This document shows, in pieces, positions 30,917 through 39,034 of a stretch of 64,000 nt of DNA. Origin of the DNA: Bacillota bacterium (GTDB lineage Bacteria; Bacillota; Clostridia; Lachnospirales; Lachnospiraceae). Within the stretch, counting starts at the first letter, position 1; every line of letters starts with the position of its first letter. The notes beneath the pieces were generated by a model. It was not told the DNA's origin. It worked only from the letters and a program-made list of their open reading frames with translations, and made no database searches. The stretch lies in contig JAEYPA010000081.1 of the NCBI GenBank assembly GCA_023411225.1, forward strand, positions 2,229-66,228, given 5' to 3'. A program made the position numbers and the translations under genes.

Positions 30917-31939
30917 TTAGCTGTTTTTCCTTCTTTTAACACTTTGACCAATCACGAGTGAGGGTTCCAAAAATATTTTCATGGATTCATTTATTTTATT
31001 GCTATCTTCCAATTTCTTGAGTAATAATTCTCCAACTTTTTGTCCTATTAAACCTTCTGGTTGGCGGACAGTTGTTATTCTAGGACAAATTAATTCCGCT
31101 TTATCCTGTACATCAAAACCAACTATTGATATATCTTCTGGTATCCTAAGTCCATTTTTTCGAATTGCTTTAATAGCACCATATGTCATTTTTTCTGATG
31201 TAGTGTATACCGCAGTGAATGGATTTATATTTCTATTATTTATCAACCTTTCCATACACATGTATCCATCTTCTTCTTTATAATTTCCATACTGTATTAA
31301 TGACTCTTTTACTTGGATGTTATTTTTCTCCAATGCCATTAAGTATCCTTTTTTTCTATCATATCCTGTTGTTTCTTTTTCTGAACCAATAATTGTTGCA
31401 ATCTCACGATGACCTTCATCAATCAAATATTCGATGGCTTTTTTACTTGCCTGTACATTATCTATAGTAACCGAATCTATATTCTCCAATTCAGGAACAT
31501 TATCAATAAAAACAGTAACCAAATTTGAAAGATAATTTTTTATATAATCTCCGTATGGTTCTACTGTGGCATAAACAAGTGCATTTATCTGCTTTTGTTT
31601 AAACATCTCTAAGTATTTTTTTTCATTATCGCTTTTTTCATTTGTATCTGCTACAAGAATTCCATACCCCTCTTTTGAAACCACGCTATCTATGCCTTTA
31701 ATAATCTCTCCAAAAAAGGTTTCACAAATATCAGGTATAATAATCGCAATGGTTTTTGTTATCTGAAGCTTTAACGCCCGAGCCACTTCATTAGGTACGT
31801 AATTATAATCTTCTAATGCTTGTAATACTCTTTCTCTTGTCTCTGGTTTTACATAATTTTTATTATTCACAACTCTAGACACTGTAGCCACTGACAAATC
31901 TAATTTCTTGGCTATATCTTTTAATGTACTTGATTCCAT
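30917..31939 (-). CDS. LacI family regulator
   Basis: TLKDIAKKLDLSVATVSRVVN, YVPNEVARAL, IPEDISIVGFD. Confidence 0.94.
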   Translation of the reverse strand: MESSTLKDIAKKLDLSVATVSRVVNNKNYVKPETRERVLQALEDYNYVPNEVARALKLQITKTIAIIIPDICETFFGEIIKGIDSVVSKEGYGILVADTNEKSDNEKKYLEMFKQKQINALVYATVEPYGDYIKNYLSNLVTVFIDNVPELENIDSVTIDNVQASKKAIEYLIDEGHREIATIIGSEKETTGYDRKKGYLMALEKNNIQVKESLIQYGNYKEEDGYMCMERLINNRNINPFTAVYTTSEKMTYGAIKAIRKNGLRIPEDISIVGFDVQDKAELICPRITTVRQPEGLIGQKVGELLLKKLEDSNKINESMKIFLEPSLVIGQSVKRRKNS

Positions 31940-32034
31940 CTCATTCCCTCATATTTATAGTCTTACGAATCCTTTGGCTCATACTATCAATCTATTATTG
32001 TGATGTTACTTATAAATAACATATGTATGAGTCA

Positions 32035-32323
32035 TGTAAACGTTTACTTCTCTTCGACTATTTTTTATAATTTTTTATTCTGTTTTGTCAAATAATCACC
32101 TTGTAGGATCTTTTTCTTAGATTCTTTTAACCAGCTTTCACCATCTCCATTCAGAATTCGTTGACCGATTTTATCTGATCCATCTTCCAGCGGGATACAG
32201 ACTTCTCTCTTAGCATGGAATTTCGTACTTTATTTTTTTCAATACATAACCATGATATTTGGTATCTCTGCTGACTATCATTATACACTAATATAGTATG
32301 TTTTTGTCAAGTAAACGTTTACA
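32035..32323. promoter_or_regulatory. two further GTAAACGTTTAC operators upstream of the LacI gene
   Basis: TGTAAACGTTTACT (32035-32048) and AGTAAACGTTTACA (32310-32323). Confidence 0.7.
32122..32224 (-). pseudogene. ISLre2-family (UPF0236) transposase fragment
   Basis: Translates KFHAKREVCIPLEDGSDKIGQRILNGDGESWLKE; the NGDGxxW motif is characteristic of ISLre2-type transposases. Confidence 0.55.
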
Positions 32324-32523
32324 ACATCCAAAATTTTCATATTTCTTAATTACAATATAAGACTTAGTCTTCCTTTTTTCTTTTTTCTACCATTCTAATG
32401 TAAGTGCTAATTCAAGACATGCACTCATTATAGGATGATAATCTTCACAAAAACTGATTTCAAAGAATAAAAAAAAGCCCTCAGATCACTAATCTAAAGG
32501 CTTTTAACGAATTAATATAAGAC

Positions 32524-32606
32524 TGCGGAAGATGGGACTTGAACCCACACGTTCGTAGAACACAGCATCCTTAGTGCTGCCTGTCTGCCAATTCCAGCAC
32601 TTCCGC
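32524..32606 (-). tRNA. tRNA-Leu (anticodon AAG)
   Basis: GCGGAAG acceptor stem, D-loop GGAATTGGCAGAC, anticodon stem CAGCA/TGCTG with loop CTAAGGA, long variable arm, GGTTCAAGTCC; CCA not encoded; upstream TTGAAT-17-TAAAAT promoter. Confidence 0.95.
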
Positions 32607-32796
32607 ATATTACTCTATGTCTACAGGTAACACCCTGGCGACAAAGCATATTTTATCATAAGCCGAGGAAGAATTCAAGTATAAATTGTTCTTTTTTCAT
32701 CTACAACTTGAAAATTATCTTGTACGATGATAAGACACTCCCCTTCGTTTTCTCAACCAACTTGAATAAATCTATAAAATGTGTGGAAACTATAAG

Positions 32797-33072
32797 TGTT
32801 CCATAGATTTCTCTGGGGCATTACGGCTGAGGCAAAATACCTTGAGACATAATCACTGTACAATCGGAGATGATGTATTTTTGTGCGACAGATATCATCG
32901 GCCTATATAGTAAAAGCGCTGTATGCTTTTTATAACTGTATATGTTGATCTCTCTGGAAAACAGAATGCTGACCGTTCTGTAGTTATGGAATTATTGGTA
33001 CGTATCTCCTCATTAGGAATTTTGCATGAAATATGCCTAAAGGGTACGTAATTTATACGTACCCTTTCTTTT
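32797..33072 (+). ncRNA. candidate structured non-coding RNA, family unassigned
   Basis: No convincing ORF; several nested helices with G-U pairs favouring the + strand; ends in a strong intrinsic terminator. Confidence 0.45.
33039..33072. terminator. intrinsic terminator, possibly bidirectional
   Basis: AAAGGGTACGTA-attta-TACGTACCCTTT followed by CTTTT. Confidence 0.8.
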
Positions 33073-33151
33073 AAAAACTCCCCTATATTGACTAAAATAC
33101 TCCAAGGTTATTCAAATTCTGATCCACCAAAGTCTGCTTGAATCCACAATG

Positions 33152-33733
33152 TCATAACGTAATTCTTTTTCCTGTATACGCTTCTGTCAAAGGAGTAGAC
33201 CTTGTAGTAATTATAGCAATCATATTATGTTGTTCGCAAAACAATTGAATATACCCCGTTATTTCAAGTAAATCTTTATCCTCAATACCACCATCGTTAT
33301 TAGATAATATTATAAACTTGGCATTTCGTTTTCCCGATATAAACAGTCTTGTTTTTAATTGAACTAATGCAGTCATATTACATAAAGGTTCATCCTTATA
33401 TTTCTGCAGACCGTTATCTGATAGGAAAACCTCTATGTCCTTTACAAAGGAATCACTAAACATCCTGTTGGCAAGTCCAAAAAAGCTTAAATATTCTTCT
33501 ATACTTAATGAGGTTCTAGAAAATTCATCATCAATATAATCCACATTATAATCAGCAAGAGAATAGATTTTTTTTGTGTCCTGTTCCAACAAATAACACT
33601 GTTCCCGCTCCTTTAAGACAGTCTGAATAAAATGATGTAAGACAGATATACTCTTACTGGTCAGCAAAATGACTGAAGAACTTAACGCAAATCTAATTCT
33701 AAGCTTGTTGTAATCATTTACCACCAGCTCCAT
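33152..33733 (-). CDS. degenerate ABC-ATPase-like protein, third gene of the agrBD operon
   Basis: ABC-NBD-like layout (LSIEEYLSFFG, IILSNNDGGIED, AIITTRS) but no Walker A, LSGGQ, DE or H-loop His. Confidence 0.55.
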   Translation of the reverse strand: MELVVNDYNKLRIRFALSSSVILLTSKSISVLHHFIQTVLKEREQCYLLEQDTKKIYSLADYNVDYIDDEFSRTSLSIEEYLSFFGLANRMFSDSFVKDIEVFLSDNGLQKYKDEPLCNMTALVQLKTRLFISGKRNAKFIILSNNDGGIEDKDLLEITGYIQLFCEQHNMIAIITTRSTPLTEAYTGKRITL

Positions 33734-33748
33734 AAATCCACACCCTTG

Positions 33749-33928
33749 TTATTTCTTTTGTACTAGTTTCATCAAGTCTTTTCTTGTTACTTTATCTGCA
33801 CCTTCTGGCTTCTCTGGCTCATAAAAATAGAACCAACATCCATTGCTACCCCATGCAAAGCTTACAGCAGTGAAGAACATAAAAGCTGTAGCTAAATTTG
33901 TAATAAGTTTTTGACGTATCTTCTTCAT
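33749..33928 (-). CDS. agrD: cyclic autoinducing peptide precursor (59 aa)
   Basis: Not in ORF track. GGAGG RBS; MKKIRQKLITNLATAFMFFTAVSFAWGSNG-CWFYF-YEPEKPEGADKVTRKDLMKLVQKK; Cys-x4 followed by YEPxxP, directly after agrB. Confidence 0.9.
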   Translation of the reverse strand: MKKIRQKLITNLATAFMFFTAVSFAWGSNGCWFYFYEPEKPEGADKVTRKDLMKLVQKK

Positions 33929-33941
33929 AGTTTTCCCTCCT

Positions 33942-34532
33942 TTACTTATGGTCTGGTAAAGTGTTAGGCCTGTCCCAAATAGGAAGAAGTGCTACCGATT
34001 GGCAAAACACCGCCTGACCAGCTATTAATGAATATTGTAAGAATTTATTATCCAATAACATTCCTAATGTAATCAATATCAGGTCAACCGTAATTATAAC
34101 CAGACTTATTCTTCTGTGTTTTCTTTTGACTTCCGGGTTAGTCTTTTTACTTTTGGCCGCATATGCTATACATAAGCAAAAACTAATAACCCCCATAATT
34201 GAAATCAAAACATACTGTATTACTTCGCTAGATACTTGCTTACTAATGTAAATCGATCCCAACTCACATAAGAGAAATAAGCCAATACAAGCACTGTGTG
34301 ACTTGGCATGTGCTCCTCCTGCAAATAACCTTAATGGCATGAAAAATAAACAAAAGGTTAATGTTTCCATTGGAATTCTAAACACTAGTGCTAATGTAAT
34401 AACAAGTATCATATTAACTAGCGTCGAAATGGCGATTTCAAGCCCATACAATATTACATCATAATATTCCTTGTTATCAATGGTGTGAAATAATCTGTCA
34501 ACAAGTTTCTGAGCAACCATACGATAACTCAT
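33942..34532 (-). CDS. agrB: accessory gene regulator B (AIP-processing membrane protease)
   Basis: YGLE, PLRLFAGGAHAKSHSAC with catalytic His/Cys; membrane protein. Confidence 0.92.
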   Translation of the reverse strand: MSYRMVAQKLVDRLFHTIDNKEYYDVILYGLEIAISTLVNMILVITLALVFRIPMETLTFCLFFMPLRLFAGGAHAKSHSACIGLFLLCELGSIYISKQVSSEVIQYVLISIMGVISFCLCIAYAAKSKKTNPEVKRKHRRISLVIITVDLILITLGMLLDNKFLQYSLIAGQAVFCQSVALLPIWDRPNTLPDHK

Positions 34533-34635
34533 GGTTCCACCTCCATTTATGTTTCTATTATACTTTCTATTACTAAATAATCAACAAATTCTTACTATTT
34601 CGCTTTTTTCACTCTCAATTTAACAGTTTTTTTTT

Positions 34636-34714
34636 AATAATGCAAAATTATAATGAAATAGTGCAGAATTATAAACCCACAGATTTGACATTAAAAATAT
34701 GCATACTGTATAAT
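34636..34714 (+). promoter_or_regulatory. LytTR (AgrA)-type direct repeat upstream of the agrCA promoter
   Basis: AATAATGCAAAATTATAA (34636) and AATAGTGCAGAATTATAA (34657), period 21 bp; then TTGACA (34685)-18-TATAAT (34709). Confidence 0.75.
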
Positions 34715-34751
34715 AGTATCTGTAAGGAATTACTAGTTTGGAGGCGTACAA

Positions 34752-36059
34752 ATGAATTATGATTTATTATCTTCTTTAATGGATTCTGCCTTGCTATGCA
34801 GGCTATTTAATAATCTATTGCATTTTAAATTTAATTCCAAATATCGCTATATAAGTGGTGTTGTAGCCATGTTGATTTTAGCATTAAGATACTTTATTTG
34901 TATGAACGTAACGGACTCCACTGAATATATTGTCAGAATATTATTTAATTCTGCTATTTTTTTAATAGCTTTTGTCTTTTACACAGACAAAATACGAAAA
35001 AAAATTCTTATTTCTTTTATATACTTTGTATTGATGATTATTTCAGAATCAGTGGTAATGATCATTCTAACCGTTACCACTCAACAGACACTGAATTATG
35101 TAGTACAGAACAAAGAAGCTATACGCCAAGCTTGTATTCTGGTTTCCAAACTGATTGCATTCTATTTGGTAGAACAACTGATTGTTCGTTTTAGAGATTA
35201 TAGGGATTTAACCTTTAACTATATGAAGGAATTAACCCTAGTTTTAGTATTTAATTTTCTACTATTTGCACTAGCTGTTCGGGCAATTACTGCCCCAGAA
35301 TCTGTGAATTCTAATTATCGGGTTCTGCTCATTATGACCATTGGTATTACCTTTGTTTCGTTGCTATCTACCTACTTAATCTCAAAGGTCGCGCAAAAAT
35401 CACGAAAGGAAATGGAATACCAGTTGGAACTAAATCAGTTGGAAATGGAACATAAATACTATGAAGATATGTCGGATATTGTAAACAACCTGCGTTCCCT
35501 TAGACATGATATGAATAATCACATTGGTATAATGCTAGGACTTGTAGAAACCAAACAATATAATGACTTAAAAGAGTATTTAAATGACATTTATGCAGAT
35601 GCAAGTCATGCTAATGACTACATATTTTTAAAGAATAAAGCTTTGACAATCCTATTAAACACAAAAATTGGAAAAGCCACGAGTCTGAATATTGATATGA
35701 ATATTGATATTACAATCTCCTCATTACCTTTTAACACTAAGGACATGAGCATTATCATAGGAAATATGTTGGATAATGCTATTGAGGCAACTTCACAAGT
35801 GGCAGAGGAACCATTTATCTCTTTATCAATGTATAAACAGGGAACGCACTACACGATATGCTGTAAAAACAACTATTTGGCAAAGCCAAAAGAGAGTAAT
35901 GGAAAATTTCTAACAAGTAAAAATGATGCCAAGAATCACGGAATGGGCATCGCAAATATTAAATCTGCTGTTGCGCGCTATAAAGGTTGTGTTACTATAA
36001 ATGTAACAGATGTATTTGAGATGATTATTGAGGTAGAAGATACCGAGAAGGATTCATAA
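34752..36059 (+). CDS. agrC: AgrC/VirS-like sensor histidine kinase
   Basis: Multi-TM N-terminus; LRHDMNNH, GNMLDNAIEA, HGMGIANIK. Confidence 0.88.
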   Translation: MNYDLLSSLMDSALLCRLFNNLLHFKFNSKYRYISGVVAMLILALRYFICMNVTDSTEYIVRILFNSAIFLIAFVFYTDKIRKKILISFIYFVLMIISESVVMIILTVTTQQTLNYVVQNKEAIRQACILVSKLIAFYLVEQLIVRFRDYRDLTFNYMKELTLVLVFNFLLFALAVRAITAPESVNSNYRVLLIMTIGITFVSLLSTYLISKVAQKSRKEMEYQLELNQLEMEHKYYEDMSDIVNNLRSLRHDMNNHIGIMLGLVETKQYNDLKEYLNDIYADASHANDYIFLKNKALTILLNTKIGKATSLNIDMNIDITISSLPFNTKDMSIIIGNMLDNAIEATSQVAEEPFISLSMYKQGTHYTICCKNNYLAKPKESNGKFLTSKNDAKNHGMGIANIKSAVARYKGCVTINVTDVFEMIIEVEDTEKDS

Positions 36060-36084
36060 TATATTACAAGGAAGGTAATGAGAC

Positions 36085-36804
36085 ATGACTTATCATATTG
36101 GAATCTGCGATGATGAAAAACTACAAGTTAAGATTAATTCTTTGTACATTAAGGATATTGCTGAACGAAATAAGATCTCTGTGACAACAGTCGGTTTTAC
36201 TTCTTCAGATCAGTTGTTAGAGTATCTAAAAACACACAAGCTTCATATGGTTTTTCTGGATATTGACATGGGAGGCCCTTCTGGTATATCTGCTGGAATT
36301 AAGCTTTTTCATCATCACCCAGACATCGTTGTTATTTTTATTACTGGGCATCGGGAATTTGCCAGTAGTGCTTATGATGTCGAGGCACTTGGTTATATTC
36401 TAAAGCCGGTAGATATTAACAAGTTAGAGCGTCTATTTAAAAAAGCACTTATTCAAATTGATGCTGGAAATGAAGAGCCTTCTCCTTCAGTTGTTCCTAG
36501 TCTTGTAGTTACAGAAGGTGGGGCTAAGATTAAGATTAGTTTGAACGATATTATATGCATAGAACGAATTCGCTATCAAAGTGTAATAACTTCTACCACT
36601 GGTGTTTATCATGTGTATGAATCTATAACTGCTTTGGATGACAAAACTGAACATAAGATGCTGCGTATTAATCAAAGTGAGTTAATAAACCCTTCTGTAA
36701 TCAATACAATTAAGGGGCATACTATATATTTAAAAAATGGACAAGAACGTAATATCAGCCGGGGATACAAAAAAACTGTGTTGGATGCATTCATGAATAC
36801 ATAA
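36085..36804 (+). CDS. agrA: LytTR family response regulator (AgrA/VirR-like)
   Basis: ICDDE, FLDIDM, YILKP receiver; LytTR domain RINQSELIN, ISRGY. Confidence 0.88.
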   Translation: MTYHIGICDDEKLQVKINSLYIKDIAERNKISVTTVGFTSSDQLLEYLKTHKLHMVFLDIDMGGPSGISAGIKLFHHHPDIVVIFITGHREFASSAYDVEALGYILKPVDINKLERLFKKALIQIDAGNEEPSPSVVPSLVVTEGGAKIKISLNDIICIERIRYQSVITSTTGVYHVYESITALDDKTEHKMLRINQSELINPSVINTIKGHTIYLKNGQERNISRGYKKTVLDAFMNT

Positions 36805-36810
36805 ACAATG

Positions 36811-36863
36811 AAGATGGGGTGCTCTATATCTTTTCATTAGTTATAGAGCACCTCATCTTTTTT
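36811..36863. terminator. terminator between convergent agrA and cysteine hydrolase genes
   Basis: AAGATGGGGTGCTCTATA...TATAGAGCACCTCATCTT followed by a T-run. Confidence 0.75.
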
Positions 36864-36877
36864 AACAATAACTCTAG

Positions 36878-37426
36878 TTATATAATATTGTCGAAATATT
36901 CATCACATGTTTTTACATCTGCAAAATATGGGTGGAGGGATGCTAGATATACCTTTTGAACCACCTCAGCAGCAATTTTTTCATTATTCCATTCTAAGTC
37001 AAATGTAGCACAAGCATCAGATATCAAAGTCACACTATAACCTAACTCTTTTGCCACCCGAACTGTTGTATCCACACACATATGTGTCATCATTCCACAT
37101 ACGACGAGCTCATCAATGGCATCCTTTTGCAGTTCCTCCTGTAAATTGGTCTCCAAAAAGCTGCTTGGTTGGTGCTTGATAATCACTTTTTCCAAACCTT
37201 TTGGTTGGATACCCTCATGAATTTTAACGCCCTCTGAACCTGATTCAAAGAAAGTTGCACCTTTTGCTTTTACGTGTTGAATGTAATAAACTGGATATCC
37301 ATCCTCTCTGAAGCTTTTAAGTAATCTTTTTATAGCATCCAGGGCTTTTTCTGGTTGAAACAATTCATTTTTACCTTTTGGAAAATAATCATTTTGAACA
37401 TCAATAATAAGCAATGCTTTACTCAT
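36878..37426 (-). CDS. isochorismatase-like cysteine hydrolase
   Basis: LLIIDVQNDYF, KHQPSSF, GMMTHMCVDTT, DACAT. Confidence 0.92.
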   Translation of the reverse strand: MSKALLIIDVQNDYFPKGKNELFQPEKALDAIKRLLKSFREDGYPVYYIQHVKAKGATFFESGSEGVKIHEGIQPKGLEKVIIKHQPSSFLETNLQEELQKDAIDELVVCGMMTHMCVDTTVRVAKELGYSVTLISDACATFDLEWNNEKIAAEVVQKVYLASLHPYFADVKTCDEYFDNII

Positions 37427-37512
37427 TATGAAACCTCCTTACTTGTTATAAATAAACAATATCGGACATTTCCCTCTATGTAAACTACTTACTTTTTCGT
37501 ACATAGGAACCT

Positions 37513-37872
37513 TTAAAAGCGGATTCCTTTTTTCTTAAGAACATCTGTCATCCCATGCTCCACCATGTATTCTATCCCAATCTCCTGCATAATATAAATG
37601 GCCGATAACATTTTGTTACCTCTATCCGTCAGATAATATTCTACTTTTAGTGGATAGCCACTGAAAGTCTTTTTATCAACAAGTCCAAACTGTTTCAATT
37701 CGCTTAGCTGTTCCAACAACATCTTTTGGCTAACTCCATTAATACTGTGTTGAAGCTCTGAGAAAGAACAGTTTTTACCTCGAAGCTGAAAAATAATAAT
37801 TGCTTTCCATTTCCCCCTAATGATATCGTGTACAAACTCTAATGGACAAGTATAGGTTTCTCTAATCTTCAT
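37513..37872 (-). CDS. HxlR family transcriptional regulator
   Basis: TCPLE, GKWK, SQKMLLEQLSEL, PLKVEYYLT. Confidence 0.92.
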   Translation of the reverse strand: MKIRETYTCPLEFVHDIIRGKWKAIIIFQLRGKNCSFSELQHSINGVSQKMLLEQLSELKQFGLVDKKTFSGYPLKVEYYLTDRGNKMLSAIYIMQEIGIEYMVEHGMTDVLKKKGIRF

Positions 37873-38003
37873 TATTTCCGTTCTCCCTTACTTATTGACT
37901 TCCCGTTCTTCGGGAAGTCTTTTATTACATAGGATAGTCCTTCAGACTTTCCTATGTAATAAAAGAGGTTCTACAAACCTTCGTTTGCAGAACCATTCAG
38001 CAA

Positions 38004-38075
38004 CTCCCCGAGTTGGGCTCGAACCAACAACCCCACGGTTAACAGCCGTGTGCTCTACCATTGAGCTATCGAGGA
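38004..38075 (-). tRNA. tRNA-Asn (GTT)
   Basis: TCCTCGATAGCTCAATGGTAGAGCACACGGCTGTTAACCGTGGGGTTGTTGGTTCGAGCCCAACTCGGGGAG cloverleaf; CCA not encoded. Confidence 0.95.
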
Positions 38076-38134
38076 ATATACTGATATTTTAATACCATCG
38101 TCTAACAAAGTCAATATCCATTGACACGTGATAT

Positions 38135-39022
38135 TTAAAAATATTTTGTTAGTTCAACCGGACCTTCTAGAATAGATCTACCTACATACAAAGTTCCGTC
38201 CACTTTCGTTAAGACAGACCACTTAACCAGTGCAATCTTATTATTTTCTATTTCCAACGCTTGAATACATCTTGGATGAATACAACTGCCATCATTAAAA
38301 TACTTTGGTTCCCTTATGGTAGGAAAGACTGCCCTGTGAGTATGACCAGCTATAAGCATTTGGTTATGGTCTTCAGACCATTTGGATAATTGTGTTTCAA
38401 TCTTATTTTTTTTCTTAGGGTTGATATCTGAACTGGAAGGATCCCTCATTCCTAAAAGCTCTAACCGTTTCCAGACATATCGCACCAAAAACCTTCCTAT
38501 TGGCCATAACTCGTCATTGATCACATCCCCTTGATGACCATGAACAAGAAAAATAGTATTGTAGGTTTCCTGATGTTCAAGAATCAATCCTTCATAAACT
38601 ACCATATCAGGAAATAATGGACAATAATTTTTAGTACTATCACAATAATATCTTTTCATATTCTTATCTACATATTTACGACTATTCTTCACTATATCGT
38701 GATTGCCATATAGCATATAAAGTCGCTTCGCCTGATAGAATTTCTCCATGATCCAGAATGAATCACTGTGAACCTCTATAATATTACTATAATCTCTATT
38801 TTCCCACAGTTCATCTCCATCACCTAATTCGAAATAGGTAAATCCCTTATCATAATAATGTTGCAGAGCTGCAAAAAACAAATTCTGGTTAGGAAGAAAA
38901 TTATCAGTCCAATTGCCAGTTCCCCTGTGACAATCACTCATTATAACGATTTTTGAACTGTTATCATAAGGAATTACCTTACCCTTTTCATACAGTTTCG
39001 TTAATCTTTTATCGGTTCTCAT
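38135..39022 (-). CDS. calcineurin-like metallophosphoesterase
   Basis: SDCH, GDGDE, GNHD, HGH, GHTH motifs. Confidence 0.88.
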   Translation of the reverse strand: MRTDKRLTKLYEKGKVIPYDNSSKIVIMSDCHRGTGNWTDNFLPNQNLFFAALQHYYDKGFTYFELGDGDELWENRDYSNIIEVHSDSFWIMEKFYQAKRLYMLYGNHDIVKNSRKYVDKNMKRYYCDSTKNYCPLFPDMVVYEGLILEHQETYNTIFLVHGHQGDVINDELWPIGRFLVRYVWKRLELLGMRDPSSSDINPKKKNKIETQLSKWSEDHNQMLIAGHTHRAVFPTIREPKYFNDGSCIHPRCIQALEIENNKIALVKWSVLTKVDGTLYVGRSILEGPVELTKYF

Positions 39023-39034
39023 ACTATTGTCCCC

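Larger units (their letters stand above)
13790..32470. mobile_element. tRNA-Leu-anchored genomic island (about 18.7 kb), no intact integrase
   Basis: Flanked by the 72-bp direct repeat that includes the tRNA 3' end; contains two catabolic operons and IS/recombinase debris. Confidence 0.7.

Noticed and set aside
32797..33072. Assignment as 6S, SRP, RNase P, tmRNA, or a glycine/c-di-GMP riboswitch; also a 21-codon ORF from 32985
   Set aside because: Signature motifs are absent or partial, the fold is asymmetric for 6S, there is no same-strand downstream gene, and the small ORF has no RBS.
37455..37490. Second sigma-28 promoter (TCCGATAT on minus strand) before the cysteine hydrolase
   Set aside because: No TAAA-like -35 at 15-16 bp spacing.
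37895..38092. 65-aa plus-strand ORF
   Set aside because: It is the antisense reading of tRNA-Asn and its terminator.
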